From Chlamydiae bacterium CG10_big_fil_rev_8_21_14_0_10_42_34 (lineage in GTDB: Bacteria > Chlamydiota > Chlamydiia > Chlamydiales > SM23-39), in NCBI GenBank assembly GCA_002773795.1, contig PFAD01000008.1, positions 61,699-125,698 on the forward strand: a stretch of 64,000 nucleotides of DNA, given 5' to 3'. Positions 1-9,064 of the stretch are shown one piece after another (position 1 is the stretch's first letter; every line of letters starts with the position of its first letter). The position numbers and the translations under genes are program-made. Below the pieces are notes generated by a model. The model was given only the letters and a program-made list of their open reading frames with translations, searched no databases and was not told the origin of the DNA.

Positions 1-402
1 AAGAAGGAGTCTCGCTCCGGAATTGAGCATCATCCAAGCAACTAAAATGGCATAGACTGCAGTTGTGCTTCCGGCAAGAACTGCATTTGGGATCGCGAGT
101 ACAGACAGGCCGGGTAGGATAATTGCTCCTAAGTAAAGGGTCAAAAAAAGCTTTGCTTGCGTTCTTTCAAGGAGAGAGGTCCCAAACATCCAAAGAACGT
201 ACATATTAAAGCCGAGCTGGAAAAAAAAGCCGACCGAGACAGATCCTGGGGTAATAAATGCGTAGGTTAGCACTTGCCAGTAGTAATAGTTTTTGATCCC
301 AACCCATGACAAAGCAAGTAGCATTTGTAGCTCAGGGACGAGTACGGCGAGGAGGCTTAGGCCAATTGTAGAAAAGATTAATACTTTTATTGGAGTTCTC
401 AT
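1..402 (-). CDS. Rhomboid-family intramembrane protein (partial, runs off the left edge)
   Basis: Manual translation from ATG at 402, absent from the ORF track: MRTPIKVLIF...YWQVLTYAFITPGSVSVGFFFQLGFNMYVLWMFGTSLLER...LAGSTTAVYAILVAW. The WQxxTYxF, FNMxxLWxFG and LER motifs match rhomboids. Confidence 0.7.
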   Translation of the reverse strand, partial: MRTPIKVLIFSTIGLSLLAVLVPELQMLLALSWVGIKNYYYWQVLTYAFITPGSVSVGFFFQLGFNMYVLWMFGTSLLERTQAKLFLTLYLGAIILPGLSVLAIPNAVLAGSTTAVYAILVAWMMLNSGARLLL

Positions 403-482
403 ATATTTTTTTTTAACATAACCTCTTGAATTTTTCTAGAGACACGATTATCCTTAGTGGGAAATTCTTAAAGGATCGGTTT

Positions 483-794
483 ATGCAAGACAAGAAACAC
501 CCACTTTACCAAGAAGTTCTTTTCGAAGATTCTTCAACTGGATCTAAATTTATCATCGGCAGCACTTTGCAGCCAAAAGAAAAGGTTATGCACGAAGGAA
601 AAGAGTATCCTCATTACCGCGTGCCTGTATCTTCAGCTTCTCATCCTTTCTTCACAAAAGCAACTCAGTTTATGGATACTGAAGGGCGTGTCGACAAGTT
701 CACTAAGAAATATCAGCGCATTTCTGAGCAAGTGAAGCAGACACAAGTAAAGCAAGAAGAAGCAAAAAAAGAAAAAGTTAAGAAGAAGAAGTAG
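483..794 (+). CDS. rpmE2: 50S ribosomal protein L31 type B
   Basis: MQDKKHPLY...DSSTG...[10 protein letters not shown]...EGRVDKF; no Zn-binding cysteines. Start moved from TTG 426 to ATG 483. Confidence 0.93.
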   Translation: MQDKKHPLYQEVLFEDSSTGSKFIIGSTLQPKEKVMHEGKEYPHYRVPVSSASHPFFTKATQFMDTEGRVDKFTKKYQRISEQVKQTQVKQEEAKKEKVKKKK

Positions 795-1858
795 TGAAGG
801 ATAAAGTTCAGCGGCTCCTTGCGAGATTGCAAGAAGTCGAAGAGCTGCTGGGCCATCCAGAAACGCTCTCCGACCAAAAACGGTATCGCGAGCTCACTCA
901 AGAGCATTCTCAAATTTCAGAATTAAAAGAAGTTTGGGAGCGCTTTCAGTCTGCAGGAAAACAGCTCGATGAAAATCGAGCTTTGCTCCCATCTGAGCAA
1001 GATGCAGAGATGGTTGTTCTTCTTAAAGATGAGATCTTGCGTCTCGAAATTGAGATGGAAGCGTCCAAAAAACAGATCGAAATTCTCCTCGTTCCCCCAG
1101 ATCCCAGAGATAGTCGCAACATTATTTTGGAACTTCGCGCCGGTACAGGTGGCGATGAAGCTGCCCTTTTTGTTGGCGATTGCATTAGAATGTATCAATA
1201 CTACGCAAATAAGAAGGGATGGAAATTTGAAATTCTATCCTCTTCTGAATCGGAAGTAGGTGGCTATAAAGAGTACATCATGTCACTTTCTGGTCACAAT
1301 GTGTTTCGTCTCATGCAATATGAAGCGGGAACGCACCGCGTGCAAAGAGTCCCTGATACTGAGACGCAAGGAAGGGTCCATACATCGGCCATTACTGTTG
1401 CTGTCCTTGTGGAACCTGCTGAAGACGAAAAAGTAGAAATTGACGAAAGAGATCTGAAAATTGACACCTATCGCGCATCAGGAGCTGGTGGTCAGCACGT
1501 AAATAGAACCGATTCTGCTGTACGCATTACTCACCTTCCTACAGGCACCGTGGTCGCATGTCAAGAAGAGCGAAGCCAGCACAAAAACAAAGATAAGGCG
1601 ATGCGTCTTCTTACGAGTAGAATTGCAGAAGAAATCCGTCGCAAGGCGCACCAAGAAATGTCTGCAGCACGCTTATCTCAAGTGGGGAGTGGCGATCGTT
1701 CCGAGCGCATTCGGACGTACAACTTTTCACAAAATCGAGTTACTGACCACCGCATTGATCTCACTTTGTATAAGCTAGATCGCGTGATGGAAGGGGAGCT
1801 CGATGACCTCACAATTCCATTGGTTAACCACTTTTATCAACAAATGCTCCAGTCATGA
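794..1858 (+). CDS. prfA: Peptide chain release factor 1
   Basis: [44 protein letters not shown] motifs. Confidence 0.98.
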   Translation: MKDKVQRLLARLQEVEELLGHPETLSDQKRYRELTQEHSQISELKEVWERFQSAGKQLDENRALLPSEQDAEMVVLLKDEILRLEIEMEASKKQIEILLVPPDPRDSRNIILELRAGTGGDEAALFVGDCIRMYQYYANKKGWKFEILSSSESEVGGYKEYIMSLSGHNVFRLMQYEAGTHRVQRVPDTETQGRVHTSAITVAVLVEPAEDEKVEIDERDLKIDTYRASGAGGQHVNRTDSAVRITHLPTGTVVACQEERSQHKNKDKAMRLLTSRIAEEIRRKAHQEMSAARLSQVGSGDRSERIRTYNFSQNRVTDHRIDLTLYKLDRVMEGELDDLTIPLVNHFYQQMLQS

Positions 1859-2679
1859 AAACGATTGGCGAAGTCATTAAACTCTCCACAGATTATTTAG
1901 CAGAAAGAAAAGTTGAGCCTTCTCGGAGGACCGCAGAAGCAATTTTATCATCGGTGCTCCAATTGAAGAAAATGGAGCTCTATCTGCACTTTGATAAACC
2001 AATTGTTGAGAGTGAGCTTACGCTAATTCGTCAGATGTTGAAGCGTTGCGCCAAGGGTGAGCCTGTCGATTATGTAACAGGTGAGGTTGAGTTTTACGGC
2101 TGCAAAATTAAAGTAGATTCCCGCGTATTAATACCTCGGCCTGAAACTGAGATCCTTGTCGATATGATTTCAAAGCAGATCTCTTCAGGTGTGCTTTGGG
2201 ATCTTTGCACAGGATCGGGCTGTATTGGAATTTCTTTAAAAAAAGCGCACCCTGAACTATCGGTTACTCTTTCAGATCTTTCAAAAGATGCGCTTGAGCT
2301 TGCCAAAGAAAATGCCCAGAAAAATGGGGTAGAGGTAGATATTGTTCAGGGTGACCTTTTAGGCCCTTTTTCCGGGCGTAAAGCTGATTTCATCGTCTGT
2401 AATCCCCCTTACATAACTGAGGCTGAATACAGCCAGTTAGATCCATCTGTTCGCGATTTTGAGCCCAAACTTGCCCTCGTTGGAGGCGTTAATGGGATAG
2501 AGTATTATCAGAGACTCGCTCGCGAGCTACCTGCACGCCTCAATCCAAGTGCAAAGATATTTTTTGAGATAGGCTCTGGGCAAGGAGCTGCATTAAAATC
2601 GTTATTCCCTAATAGCCAATTACTTAAAGACTGGTCAGGTCATGACCGTTTCATGATTTGTGATAGTTCCTCTTTTTGA
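1855..2679 (+). CDS. prmC: Release factor glutamine methyltransferase
   Basis: [22 protein letters not shown]; follows prfA. Confidence 0.97.
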   Translation: MKTIGEVIKLSTDYLAERKVEPSRRTAEAILSSVLQLKKMELYLHFDKPIVESELTLIRQMLKRCAKGEPVDYVTGEVEFYGCKIKVDSRVLIPRPETEILVDMISKQISSGVLWDLCTGSGCIGISLKKAHPELSVTLSDLSKDALELAKENAQKNGVEVDIVQGDLLGPFSGRKADFIVCNPPYITEAEYSQLDPSVRDFEPKLALVGGVNGIEYYQRLARELPARLNPSAKIFFEIGSGQGAALKSLFPNSQLLKDWSGHDRFMICDSSSF

Positions 2680-2708
2680 TGTCTTTCATTTAATTTAATT
2701 GTTTTTTT

Positions 2709-2717
2709 GTGTATAAT
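2709..2717 (+). promoter_or_regulatory. Putative extended -10 promoter box for the SEL1 gene
   Basis: GTGTATAAT (TATAAT at 2712-2717) in an AT-rich gap ~26 nt before the GTG at 2744. Confidence 0.35.
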
Positions 2718-2743
2718 ATTTGTGATTTTAATTAGGAAATTCT

Positions 2744-4081
2744 GTGTCTATATCTGTAGGTAATAAATGTAAGATTCTCTTAGAGGGAGCTGAGGAGACT
2801 CGCATTATAGATTTTGATGCGCGAGGCACGGATCCTTTGCGCCGGCGAACTTATGAGTTTTTGATAAACAAAACAACTGAGAGAGGATTGACTTACTTGA
2901 TCGCTTTATCTCAGATTGATAAAGACCTTCCAATTATCTATCGAGACGCTAAAACCTTTTTCAAAGTGGTTTCTAACCAAAGAGATATTTATCTTGAAAA
3001 CACAAGTCCAAAGGCATCCCCACCTATTCACTGCTTTTCGATCGACCCAAGAAGTTGGGAGTTTAAACACCATTGTACGTTGGACGTGAAGAATAAAGTT
3101 CATCGATCATTTATGAGTCTTTTAGGGAAAGCCTCTACACCCGAACAGTATTGCGAATTGGGCAAGGTCTATGGAGAAGATGTGGAGACAAGTGGCTTGC
3201 ATTTTGAGGATGCACAAATCGAATCATTTAAATGGTTTGAAAAGGCTGCTCAAGGGGAGCATGCCGATGCCCAGTATCACTTGGCCAAGCTTTATGCTGA
3301 AGGGAGAGGTACCCGTCAAGATTTCAAGCAAGCATTTAGTTGGTTTGCAAGAGCAGCAAATAAAGGTCATGAAAAAGCGCAGTATGAGCTGGGTTGTTTG
3401 TACCGAGATGGTAAAGGAACTCAACAAAATTTAGATAAAGCCTTAGAGGCTTTTTATTCATTGGTTGCGCAGCAGTATTCTCCAGCTCAAACAGCGCTGG
3501 CACGTATGTATTGGAAAGGTGTAGGTGTTGAAAAAGATGAGAATTTATCGATTACTTTATATGGGTTAGCGGTAGATCGCAACTACGCTCCTGCGCAATA
3601 TGAGCTGGCAGAGATATTTAAAGGAAAAAGCGAGAATCAAGGTTGTGTGGTTAAAGCTCTTCATTTGTATCAATTGTCAGCGAAGCAAAATTTCGCTAAA
3701 GCTCAATATGCATTAGGGAGAATATACGAGGGGTTAAAAAATGTGAAAAAAGCTAAAACATATTACTTAGCCGCAGCCAAGCAAGGTCATGCCCCTTCGC
3801 AGTTTGCTTTAGCTGACAGCTATTTAAGAAAGTCGGAATCGAAATTGGCTGCAAAATGGTTCAATCGGGCGGCAAGACAAAATTACAAGCCCGCTTTAAT
3901 GGCTATGGTTTCTCTTTGTGAGACAGGGTTGGGGGTACAAAAAAACTTAGATCGGGCGATTGGTTGGTGTCAATTAGCTGTTGATCAAAAGTATCCTGGA
4001 TCAGATGAGAAACTAAAAGAGCTTATGAAAAAATTAAATACACAATATAAAGAGCAAATTTCGAGTCCACCTCAAGAGTAA
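2744..4081 (+). CDS. SEL1-like repeat protein with an unassigned ~130-aa N-terminal region
   Basis: Repeated AQYxLA/GxxYxxGxGxxQ/KDxxxAxxWF/Y units (AQYHLAKLYAEGRGTRQD, AQYELGCLYRDGKGTQQN and others). Confidence 0.9.
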   Translation: MSISVGNKCKILLEGAEETRIIDFDARGTDPLRRRTYEFLINKTTERGLTYLIALSQIDKDLPIIYRDAKTFFKVVSNQRDIYLENTSPKASPPIHCFSIDPRSWEFKHHCTLDVKNKVHRSFMSLLGKASTPEQYCELGKVYGEDVETSGLHFEDAQIESFKWFEKAAQGEHADAQYHLAKLYAEGRGTRQDFKQAFSWFARAANKGHEKAQYELGCLYRDGKGTQQNLDKALEAFYSLVAQQYSPAQTALARMYWKGVGVEKDENLSITLYGLAVDRNYAPAQYELAEIFKGKSENQGCVVKALHLYQLSAKQNFAKAQYALGRIYEGLKNVKKAKTYYLAAAKQGHAPSQFALADSYLRKSESKLAAKWFNRAARQNYKPALMAMVSLCETGLGVQKNLDRAIGWCQLAVDQKYPGSDEKLKELMKKLNTQYKEQISSPPQE

Positions 4082-4166
4082 ATATTTGAAAAAAATCAGC
4101 TGACTAGAGCTGTTTCTTCTTTTTCCTTGAAAAGCCATCTCTTCTCTAGTATCCTGTTTCCTTATT

Positions 4167-5534
4167 ATGTTTGGCGCATTAACAGATAAACTACAAAACC
4201 TCTTCTCAGGCCTTGCCGGCAAGAAGTCGCTCACTGAAGACAACGTCTCTGACGCGGTCAGACAGGTGCGTCTTGCCCTTCTTGATGCTGACGTAAACTA
4301 CACAGTTGTAAGTGGTTTTGTGAAGCGCGTCAAGGAAAAGGCGATTGGCGATGCGGTAATGAAGTCAGTTACGCCGGGTCAGCAGTTTACGAAGCTTGTT
4401 CATGACGAGCTAATAGCGTTGATGGGAAGCGTGGAAGCGCCTCTTGATTTGAAGGGAAAACTCTCTGTTTTGATGCTTTGTGGTCTTCAAGGATCGGGGA
4501 AAACAACAAGTTGTGCAAAGTTAGCTGCCTATATTGGCCGAACAGAGAAGCATAAAAAGATTTTACTTGCCGCATGTGATTTGCAGCGACCGGCAGCAAT
4601 TGAGCAATTAAAGAAGCTGGGCTCTGATCTAGGCGTCCCTGTTTTCCATTTAGAGGGCGAGACGAGCCCCTTGAAAATGGCGAAAAAGGCCTACGAGAAG
4701 GCGCAAGCGGAAGGGTTTGATGTTTTGATCGTCGATACGGCCGGAAGGTTGCATGTCGATGAAGCTCTCATGAAAGAGCTTCAGGATATGAAGCAGTTCT
4801 TGCAGCCTCGCGAAGTGTTGTTTGTAGCGAATGCGACGACAGGCCAAGATGCCGTTAAGACAGCTGCTGAGTTTGATAAGTGTGTACAGATTTCCGGCAC
4901 AATTTTGACGATGCTTGATGGAAATGCAAGAGCTGGAGCTGCCATTTCGATTCGCGAAGTGACCAATAAGCCTTTGAAGTTCGAGGGCGTTGGCGAAAAG
5001 ATAGGTGATTTACAAGTATTTAATCCTCGATCCATGGCCGACAGAATTCTCGGTATGGGCGATGTGATCAACTTGGTAAAAAAAGCCCAAGAGAATTTCT
5101 CAGAAGAGCAATCGGCTGAGTTAGAAAAAAAATTAAAAAAAGCTAGCTTTACCTATGAGGATTACCTCAAGCAAATGGGGATGGTAAAGAAAATGGGCTC
5201 GCTGAAGAGCCTTTTGAAGATGATCCCGGGGATGAGCTCTCTTGGGGATCTCGCGATTGATGATGCTGAATTTAATAAGATGGAAGCAATCATCTATTCG
5301 ATGACCCCGCAAGAGAGACAAGAAAGAGTAGAAATTGAACATAGCAGGCGTAAACGGATTGCCAAGGGGAGCGGCGTGAGTATCGATGACGTTAACCGTA
5401 TGGTAAAAGGGTTTAAGCGTGTGAAACAACTATTTAAAAATATGCCCGACATGAAAGCTCAAGCAAAGAAAATGGGCGGCATGCCGGATCTCAATGAATT
5501 AAAAAAACAATTTGAAGGTAAGAAATGGCACTAA
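4167..5534 (+). CDS. ffh: Signal recognition particle protein Ffh
   Basis: GLQGSGKTT, DTAGRLH, M-domain SRRKRIAKGSG. Confidence 0.98.
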   Translation: MFGALTDKLQNLFSGLAGKKSLTEDNVSDAVRQVRLALLDADVNYTVVSGFVKRVKEKAIGDAVMKSVTPGQQFTKLVHDELIALMGSVEAPLDLKGKLSVLMLCGLQGSGKTTSCAKLAAYIGRTEKHKKILLAACDLQRPAAIEQLKKLGSDLGVPVFHLEGETSPLKMAKKAYEKAQAEGFDVLIVDTAGRLHVDEALMKELQDMKQFLQPREVLFVANATTGQDAVKTAAEFDKCVQISGTILTMLDGNARAGAAISIREVTNKPLKFEGVGEKIGDLQVFNPRSMADRILGMGDVINLVKKAQENFSEEQSAELEKKLKKASFTYEDYLKQMGMVKKMGSLKSLLKMIPGMSSLGDLAIDDAEFNKMEAIIYSMTPQERQERVEIEHSRRKRIAKGSGVSIDDVNRMVKGFKRVKQLFKNMPDMKAQAKKMGGMPDLNELKKQFEGKKWH

Positions 5535-5839
5535 TCATCCGCATGAGACAGCAAGGAGCTAATGGCCGGCAGAAATTCCGTCTCGTTGTCACAGACTCTA
5601 AAACACCACGCGATGGAAAATACCTCGAGATGATCGGTTGGTATAACCCGTTCGGCGAAGGCGACAAAAATCACTTTATCGATGTGCCACGCGTACAGTT
5701 TTGGCTCGATAATGGCGCCATGATTAGCGATCGCGTAAAGTCGCTTGTAAAGCGTTTTGCACCTGAAGTAATCAAAGGATTAACTCAGAAGAAAGTTGCA
5801 AAAGTTGCGAAGAAGAGAAAAAAGCGCAATAAAGAATAA
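5525..5839 (+). CDS. rpsP: 30S ribosomal protein S16
   Basis: MALIIRMRQQG...DSKTPRDGKYLEMIGWYNP. Confidence 0.97.
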   Translation: MALIIRMRQQGANGRQKFRLVVTDSKTPRDGKYLEMIGWYNPFGEGDKNHFIDVPRVQFWLDNGAMISDRVKSLVKRFAPEVIKGLTQKKVAKVAKKRKKRNKE

Positions 5840-6538
5840 ATGGAGATTGAGATCCTATCGCTTTTCCCTGAATATTTTCAGGGTCCCTTTGATGTCAGTA
5901 TGATAAAAAGGGCGCGAGATGCAGGGCATTTAGACATTCGGCATACAGATATCCGTGATTTTGCGGAAAACAAGCATGCAAGAGTCGATGATCGCCCTTT
6001 TGGGGGAGGCCCAGGAATGGTCCTTTGCCCAGGACCTGTGGCGAGAGCTATTCGCAGTGTTCGTAAGCCAAACTCACGTGTGGTTTATCTTTCGCCTCAA
6101 GGGACGCCTCTTACAGCAGCTAAAGCGCAAGGATTTGCAAAACTAGAGCACCTCGTCCTCCTTTGTGGTCACTACGAGGGAGTTGATGAAAGGGTGCTAG
6201 AAAAAGAGATTGATGAAGAGATTAGCATCGGCGATTATGTTCTTACGAATGGATGTGCTGCTGCCATAGTTCTAATCGATTCGATGGCTCGGTTTATACC
6301 AGGTGTCATAGGACATCCCGATGCCGTACAGGAGGACTCGTTTCAGGAGGGGGTTTTTGACTCTCCCCACTATACGAGACCTGAGAGTTTTGAGGGGATG
6401 GATGTCCCAGCGGTGCTGCTTGGAGGAAACCATGCAGAGATCCGTAAATGGCGAAAAGCCGAAGCATTAAAAAAAACACGCCGGGTACGACCCGATTTAT
6501 TATTAGGAGAACATTGTGAGCCGCTCACCATACATTGA
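5840..6538 (+). CDS. trmD: tRNA (guanine37-N1)-methyltransferase
   Basis: [40 protein letters not shown]. Confidence 0.98.
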   Translation: MEIEILSLFPEYFQGPFDVSMIKRARDAGHLDIRHTDIRDFAENKHARVDDRPFGGGPGMVLCPGPVARAIRSVRKPNSRVVYLSPQGTPLTAAKAQGFAKLEHLVLLCGHYEGVDERVLEKEIDEEISIGDYVLTNGCAAAIVLIDSMARFIPGVIGHPDAVQEDSFQEGVFDSPHYTRPESFEGMDVPAVLLGGNHAEIRKWRKAEALKKTRRVRPDLLLGEHCEPLTIH

Positions 6539-6905
6539 AGAAGTAGAACAAGCTTATCTCAAAAAAGATGTCCCGGTGTTTAACATTGGTGACACAGTCC
6601 GTGTGAACACACGAATCGTTGAGGGTGGAAAAGAACGTCTGCAGGCTTTTACTGGCATCGTTATTGCTAAAAAAGGATCTGGCCTTTCTGAAACTTTTAC
6701 CCTTTACCGCAACGCCTATGGTTCAAGCATGGATCGTACGTTTTTGCTCCACAGCCCACGTATTTCAGGTATCGAAACGATACGTTCTGGAAAAGTGCGT
6801 AGAGCGAAACTGTATTACCTCCGTGGCCGTTCTGGAAAAGCTGCAAAAGTACGTGAACAGTACGTTGCTGGCGAATCCAAAGTAGCCCCTGCTCCACAAG
6901 CGTAA
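6516..6905 (+). CDS. rplS: 50S ribosomal protein L19
   Basis: FNIGDTVRV...ERLQAFTG...[19 protein letters not shown]. Confidence 0.97.
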   Translation: MSRSPYIEEVEQAYLKKDVPVFNIGDTVRVNTRIVEGGKERLQAFTGIVIAKKGSGLSETFTLYRNAYGSSMDRTFLLHSPRISGIETIRSGKVRRAKLYYLRGRSGKAAKVREQYVAGESKVAPAPQA

Positions 6906-6970
6906 AATTTTACTTTGTAGAAAAGCTCTGAAAGGTTAAGTTTTTTTGCTAAACCCTTAAAAGGTCTAGC

Positions 6971-7642
6971 ATGAAAAGCGTCACTGATTCAGAGCTTTTA
7001 CGTTTAGATGCAATGTCTATATGTGAAAGAAGGTTAAAGTCTGAAGGTTTTTGTAGCATCGCAGGTGTTGATGAAGTGGGGCGAGGCCCCTTAGCAGGTC
7101 CCGTTGTCGCCGCCGCTTGTATTTTGCCAGAAAACGCCCGCTTTTCTCACCTGAATGATAGTAAGAAACTATCTCCTCAAATCAGAGAGTCACTTTTTGA
7201 GAAAATCACTACATTTCCTCATGTTGTATTTGGCATTGGAATTGTCGATGTAAAAACCATTGATCGGATCAATATCTTGCAAGCCACATTTCTTGCGATG
7301 AAGCGCGCCATTGGTGCACTTTCTATAAAGCCTGATTATCTTTTAATCGATGGAAATCAGCTTCCCTTAATTGATATCCCATCTGAGTCTTTAGTTCGTG
7401 GGGATAGTCTGTCCGTATCGATTGCTGCAGCATCCATTATTGCTAAAGTGACAAGAGATCGAATGATGGATGAGCTCGATATAGATTGGCCCCAATATGG
7501 ATTTAAGCACCATAAAGGATACGGTACAGCCCTACATCTGAAGGCGCTTTTGGCTCATGGCCCTTCGCCTTTTCATCGAAAAAGCTTTGAGCCAATCAAG
7601 TCGATGTTAAATCCAACTCCTTCACAAATCGACCTATTTTAA
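6971..7642 (+). CDS. rnhB: Ribonuclease HII
   Basis: AGVDEVGRGPLAGPVVAAA, DSKKL, SIAAASIIAKVTRD, HKGYGT. Confidence 0.98.
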   Translation: MKSVTDSELLRLDAMSICERRLKSEGFCSIAGVDEVGRGPLAGPVVAAACILPENARFSHLNDSKKLSPQIRESLFEKITTFPHVVFGIGIVDVKTIDRINILQATFLAMKRAIGALSIKPDYLLIDGNQLPLIDIPSESLVRGDSLSVSIAAASIIAKVTRDRMMDELDIDWPQYGFKHHKGYGTALHLKALLAHGPSPFHRKSFEPIKSMLNPTPSQIDLF

Positions 7643-7712
7643 TTAGAACTATAGTTGAGTAATTGCATTGTGGTTCAAGCAAAAAATAACCTAAGCCACC
7701 GACAATTATGAA

Positions 7713-7828
7713 GATATAATCAGGCGCTTTTCAGGGATAGAGGGGGCAGTGACCTAGAAAAAAAAGTGGCCAGACTACAGGGCCAAAAGTCCAAAAGCCG
7801 ATGGCCTTAGAACCTCCGAAGCGCCGCC
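7713..7828. repeat. Conserved 3' end plus non-coding flank of the tandem paralogs, copy 1
   Basis: Aligns with 8950-9064 with about 7 mismatches and one 2-bp gap over ~116 nt (manual count). Confidence 0.9.
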
Positions 7829-8841
7829 ACGCCATAATGTTCATCGTTTCGGCCGTAGTCGCTGTTAACGCTCACTCCATTAGGGAAGGAGGCCCCAACA
7901 ATCATGTGGCTGTTTTTAGCTGTTTCGTTAACGCGGGTATCATCAGCCCACACGCCAGTCCTTGGGGGGTGTTTAGCTGTTTCGTTAACGCGGGTATAAG
8001 TCCAGCGCACTCCATTTTCACAATCGCCCTTTTGATAAAGGCTTTCTCCTGTTGCTACTTTGTGAAGCAGCATAACAGCAAAGGCCTCTTGCAAGCTCGG
8101 GATTTTATACTTTGCAAAAGCTTTCTTTGCTAAGTTGTCTACTAAGTCTACTTGGGTCTCCCAAGACTTCTTTCTACTGCAAGGCAATACATCTTTGCTC
8201 ATCAAAACCCAATGTGTATCTGCGAAGGGTTTATCGCCATGCTCGGGACGGTCTTCATTTCGAAAATAGTGGAATTGAAGCGGGTTTCGAAAGATGAAAT
8301 AATTGGTCTGTCCGTAAGGTTTTGAAATTTCTCTTTCAAAGTGATTTAGACTTTTGAGCTCTTCGGGAATAAGGTAGAGAACATGAGTATCTTTGACTTT
8401 AAAATTCGTTCCATCTTCTTTTTTTTGATCGCCATAGATCGGGCATGGACCCTCAAGAATATGAAGTATATTCTCGGGTAGTGGAGGGATTTTTTTAGGG
8501 AGTATGTTTAAGCGATTTAAAGCTTTGTACCAATCCATTATGGGACTGAGATTCAGTAACCGCTTTATAGTTAGGTCTTGTAACGAGGGAATTGTTTTAA
8601 GTCTTGCATTAAATGTGTTGGAGTCTTCTGATGCAGATTTAATTGCGTGATCAATAACTGATTCTTTTAATATATCGGGTAAGCTGTCAAGCTTTGTATA
8701 GGCCATTTCTTTTGCTAAAGACAGCTGCTTTTGAGGAGTGATCCAATTGGCTCGACTAACAGGCTCTTGTTCTTTCTCTTCGTCTTCAGGAATATATCCT
8801 CTGCCTGAATAAACATGTGCAACATTAGATATGCTTGCCAC
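7807..8841 (-). CDS. Hypothetical protein, tandem paralog 1, with a variable C-terminus (candidate DGR-type target or effector)
   Basis: 344 aa. Shares long identical blocks with 9043-10047 (KVKDTHVLYLIP, EHGDKPFADTHWVLMSKDVLP, LQEAFAVMxLHKVATGE) and ends GVAALRRF. Confidence 0.85.
   Translation of the reverse strand: MASISNVAHVYSGRGYIPEDEEKEQEPVSRANWITPQKQLSLAKEMAYTKLDSLPDILKESVIDHAIKSASEDSNTFNARLKTIPSLQDLTIKRLLNLSPIMDWYKALNRLNILPKKIPPLPENILHILEGPCPIYGDQKKEDGTNFKVKDTHVLYLIPEELKSLNHFEREISKPYGQTNYFIFRNPLQFHYFRNEDRPEHGDKPFADTHWVLMSKDVLPCSRKKSWETQVDLVDNLAKKAFAKYKIPSLQEAFAVMLLHKVATGESLYQKGDCENGVRWTYTRVNETAKHPPRTGVWADDTRVNETAKNSHMIVGASFPNGVSVNSDYGRNDEHYGVAALRRF
7915..7997. repeat. 26-bp exact direct repeat with a 57-bp period inside the variable region
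   Basis: TTTAGCTGTTTCGTTAACGCGGGTAT at 7915-7940 and 7972-7997; encodes TRVNETAK twice. Confidence 0.95.
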
Positions 8842-8949
8842 GGTTAATTCTCCTCGGAGTGATAAAGTAATAATTATAGCAGAAAAGATAATTATATTAA
8901 ATGGAAAAGACGCTCAAAAAAAACAACCCAAGCTGCTAACAATTAAGAG

Positions 8950-9064
8950 GATATAATTAGGCGCTTTTCAGGGATAGAGGAGGCAGTGACCTAGAAAAAA
9001 AGTGGCCTGATTACAGGGCCAAAAGTCCAAAAGCCAATGGCCTCAGAACCTCCGAAGCGCTGCC
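8950..9064. repeat. Conserved 3' end plus non-coding flank of the tandem paralogs, copy 2
   Basis: Partner of 7713-7828. Confidence 0.9.

Noticed and set aside
7915-7997. CRISPR-like repeat-spacer-repeat (26-bp repeat, 31-bp spacer)
   Set aside because: Only two units, inside an intact ORF with an in-frame 57-bp period, and no cas genes. Treated as a coding duplication.
7801-8133. 110-aa plus-strand ORF antisense to paralog 1
   Set aside because: Shadow of the GC-rich variable region. The equivalent position in paralog 2 has no matching long ORF in the track.
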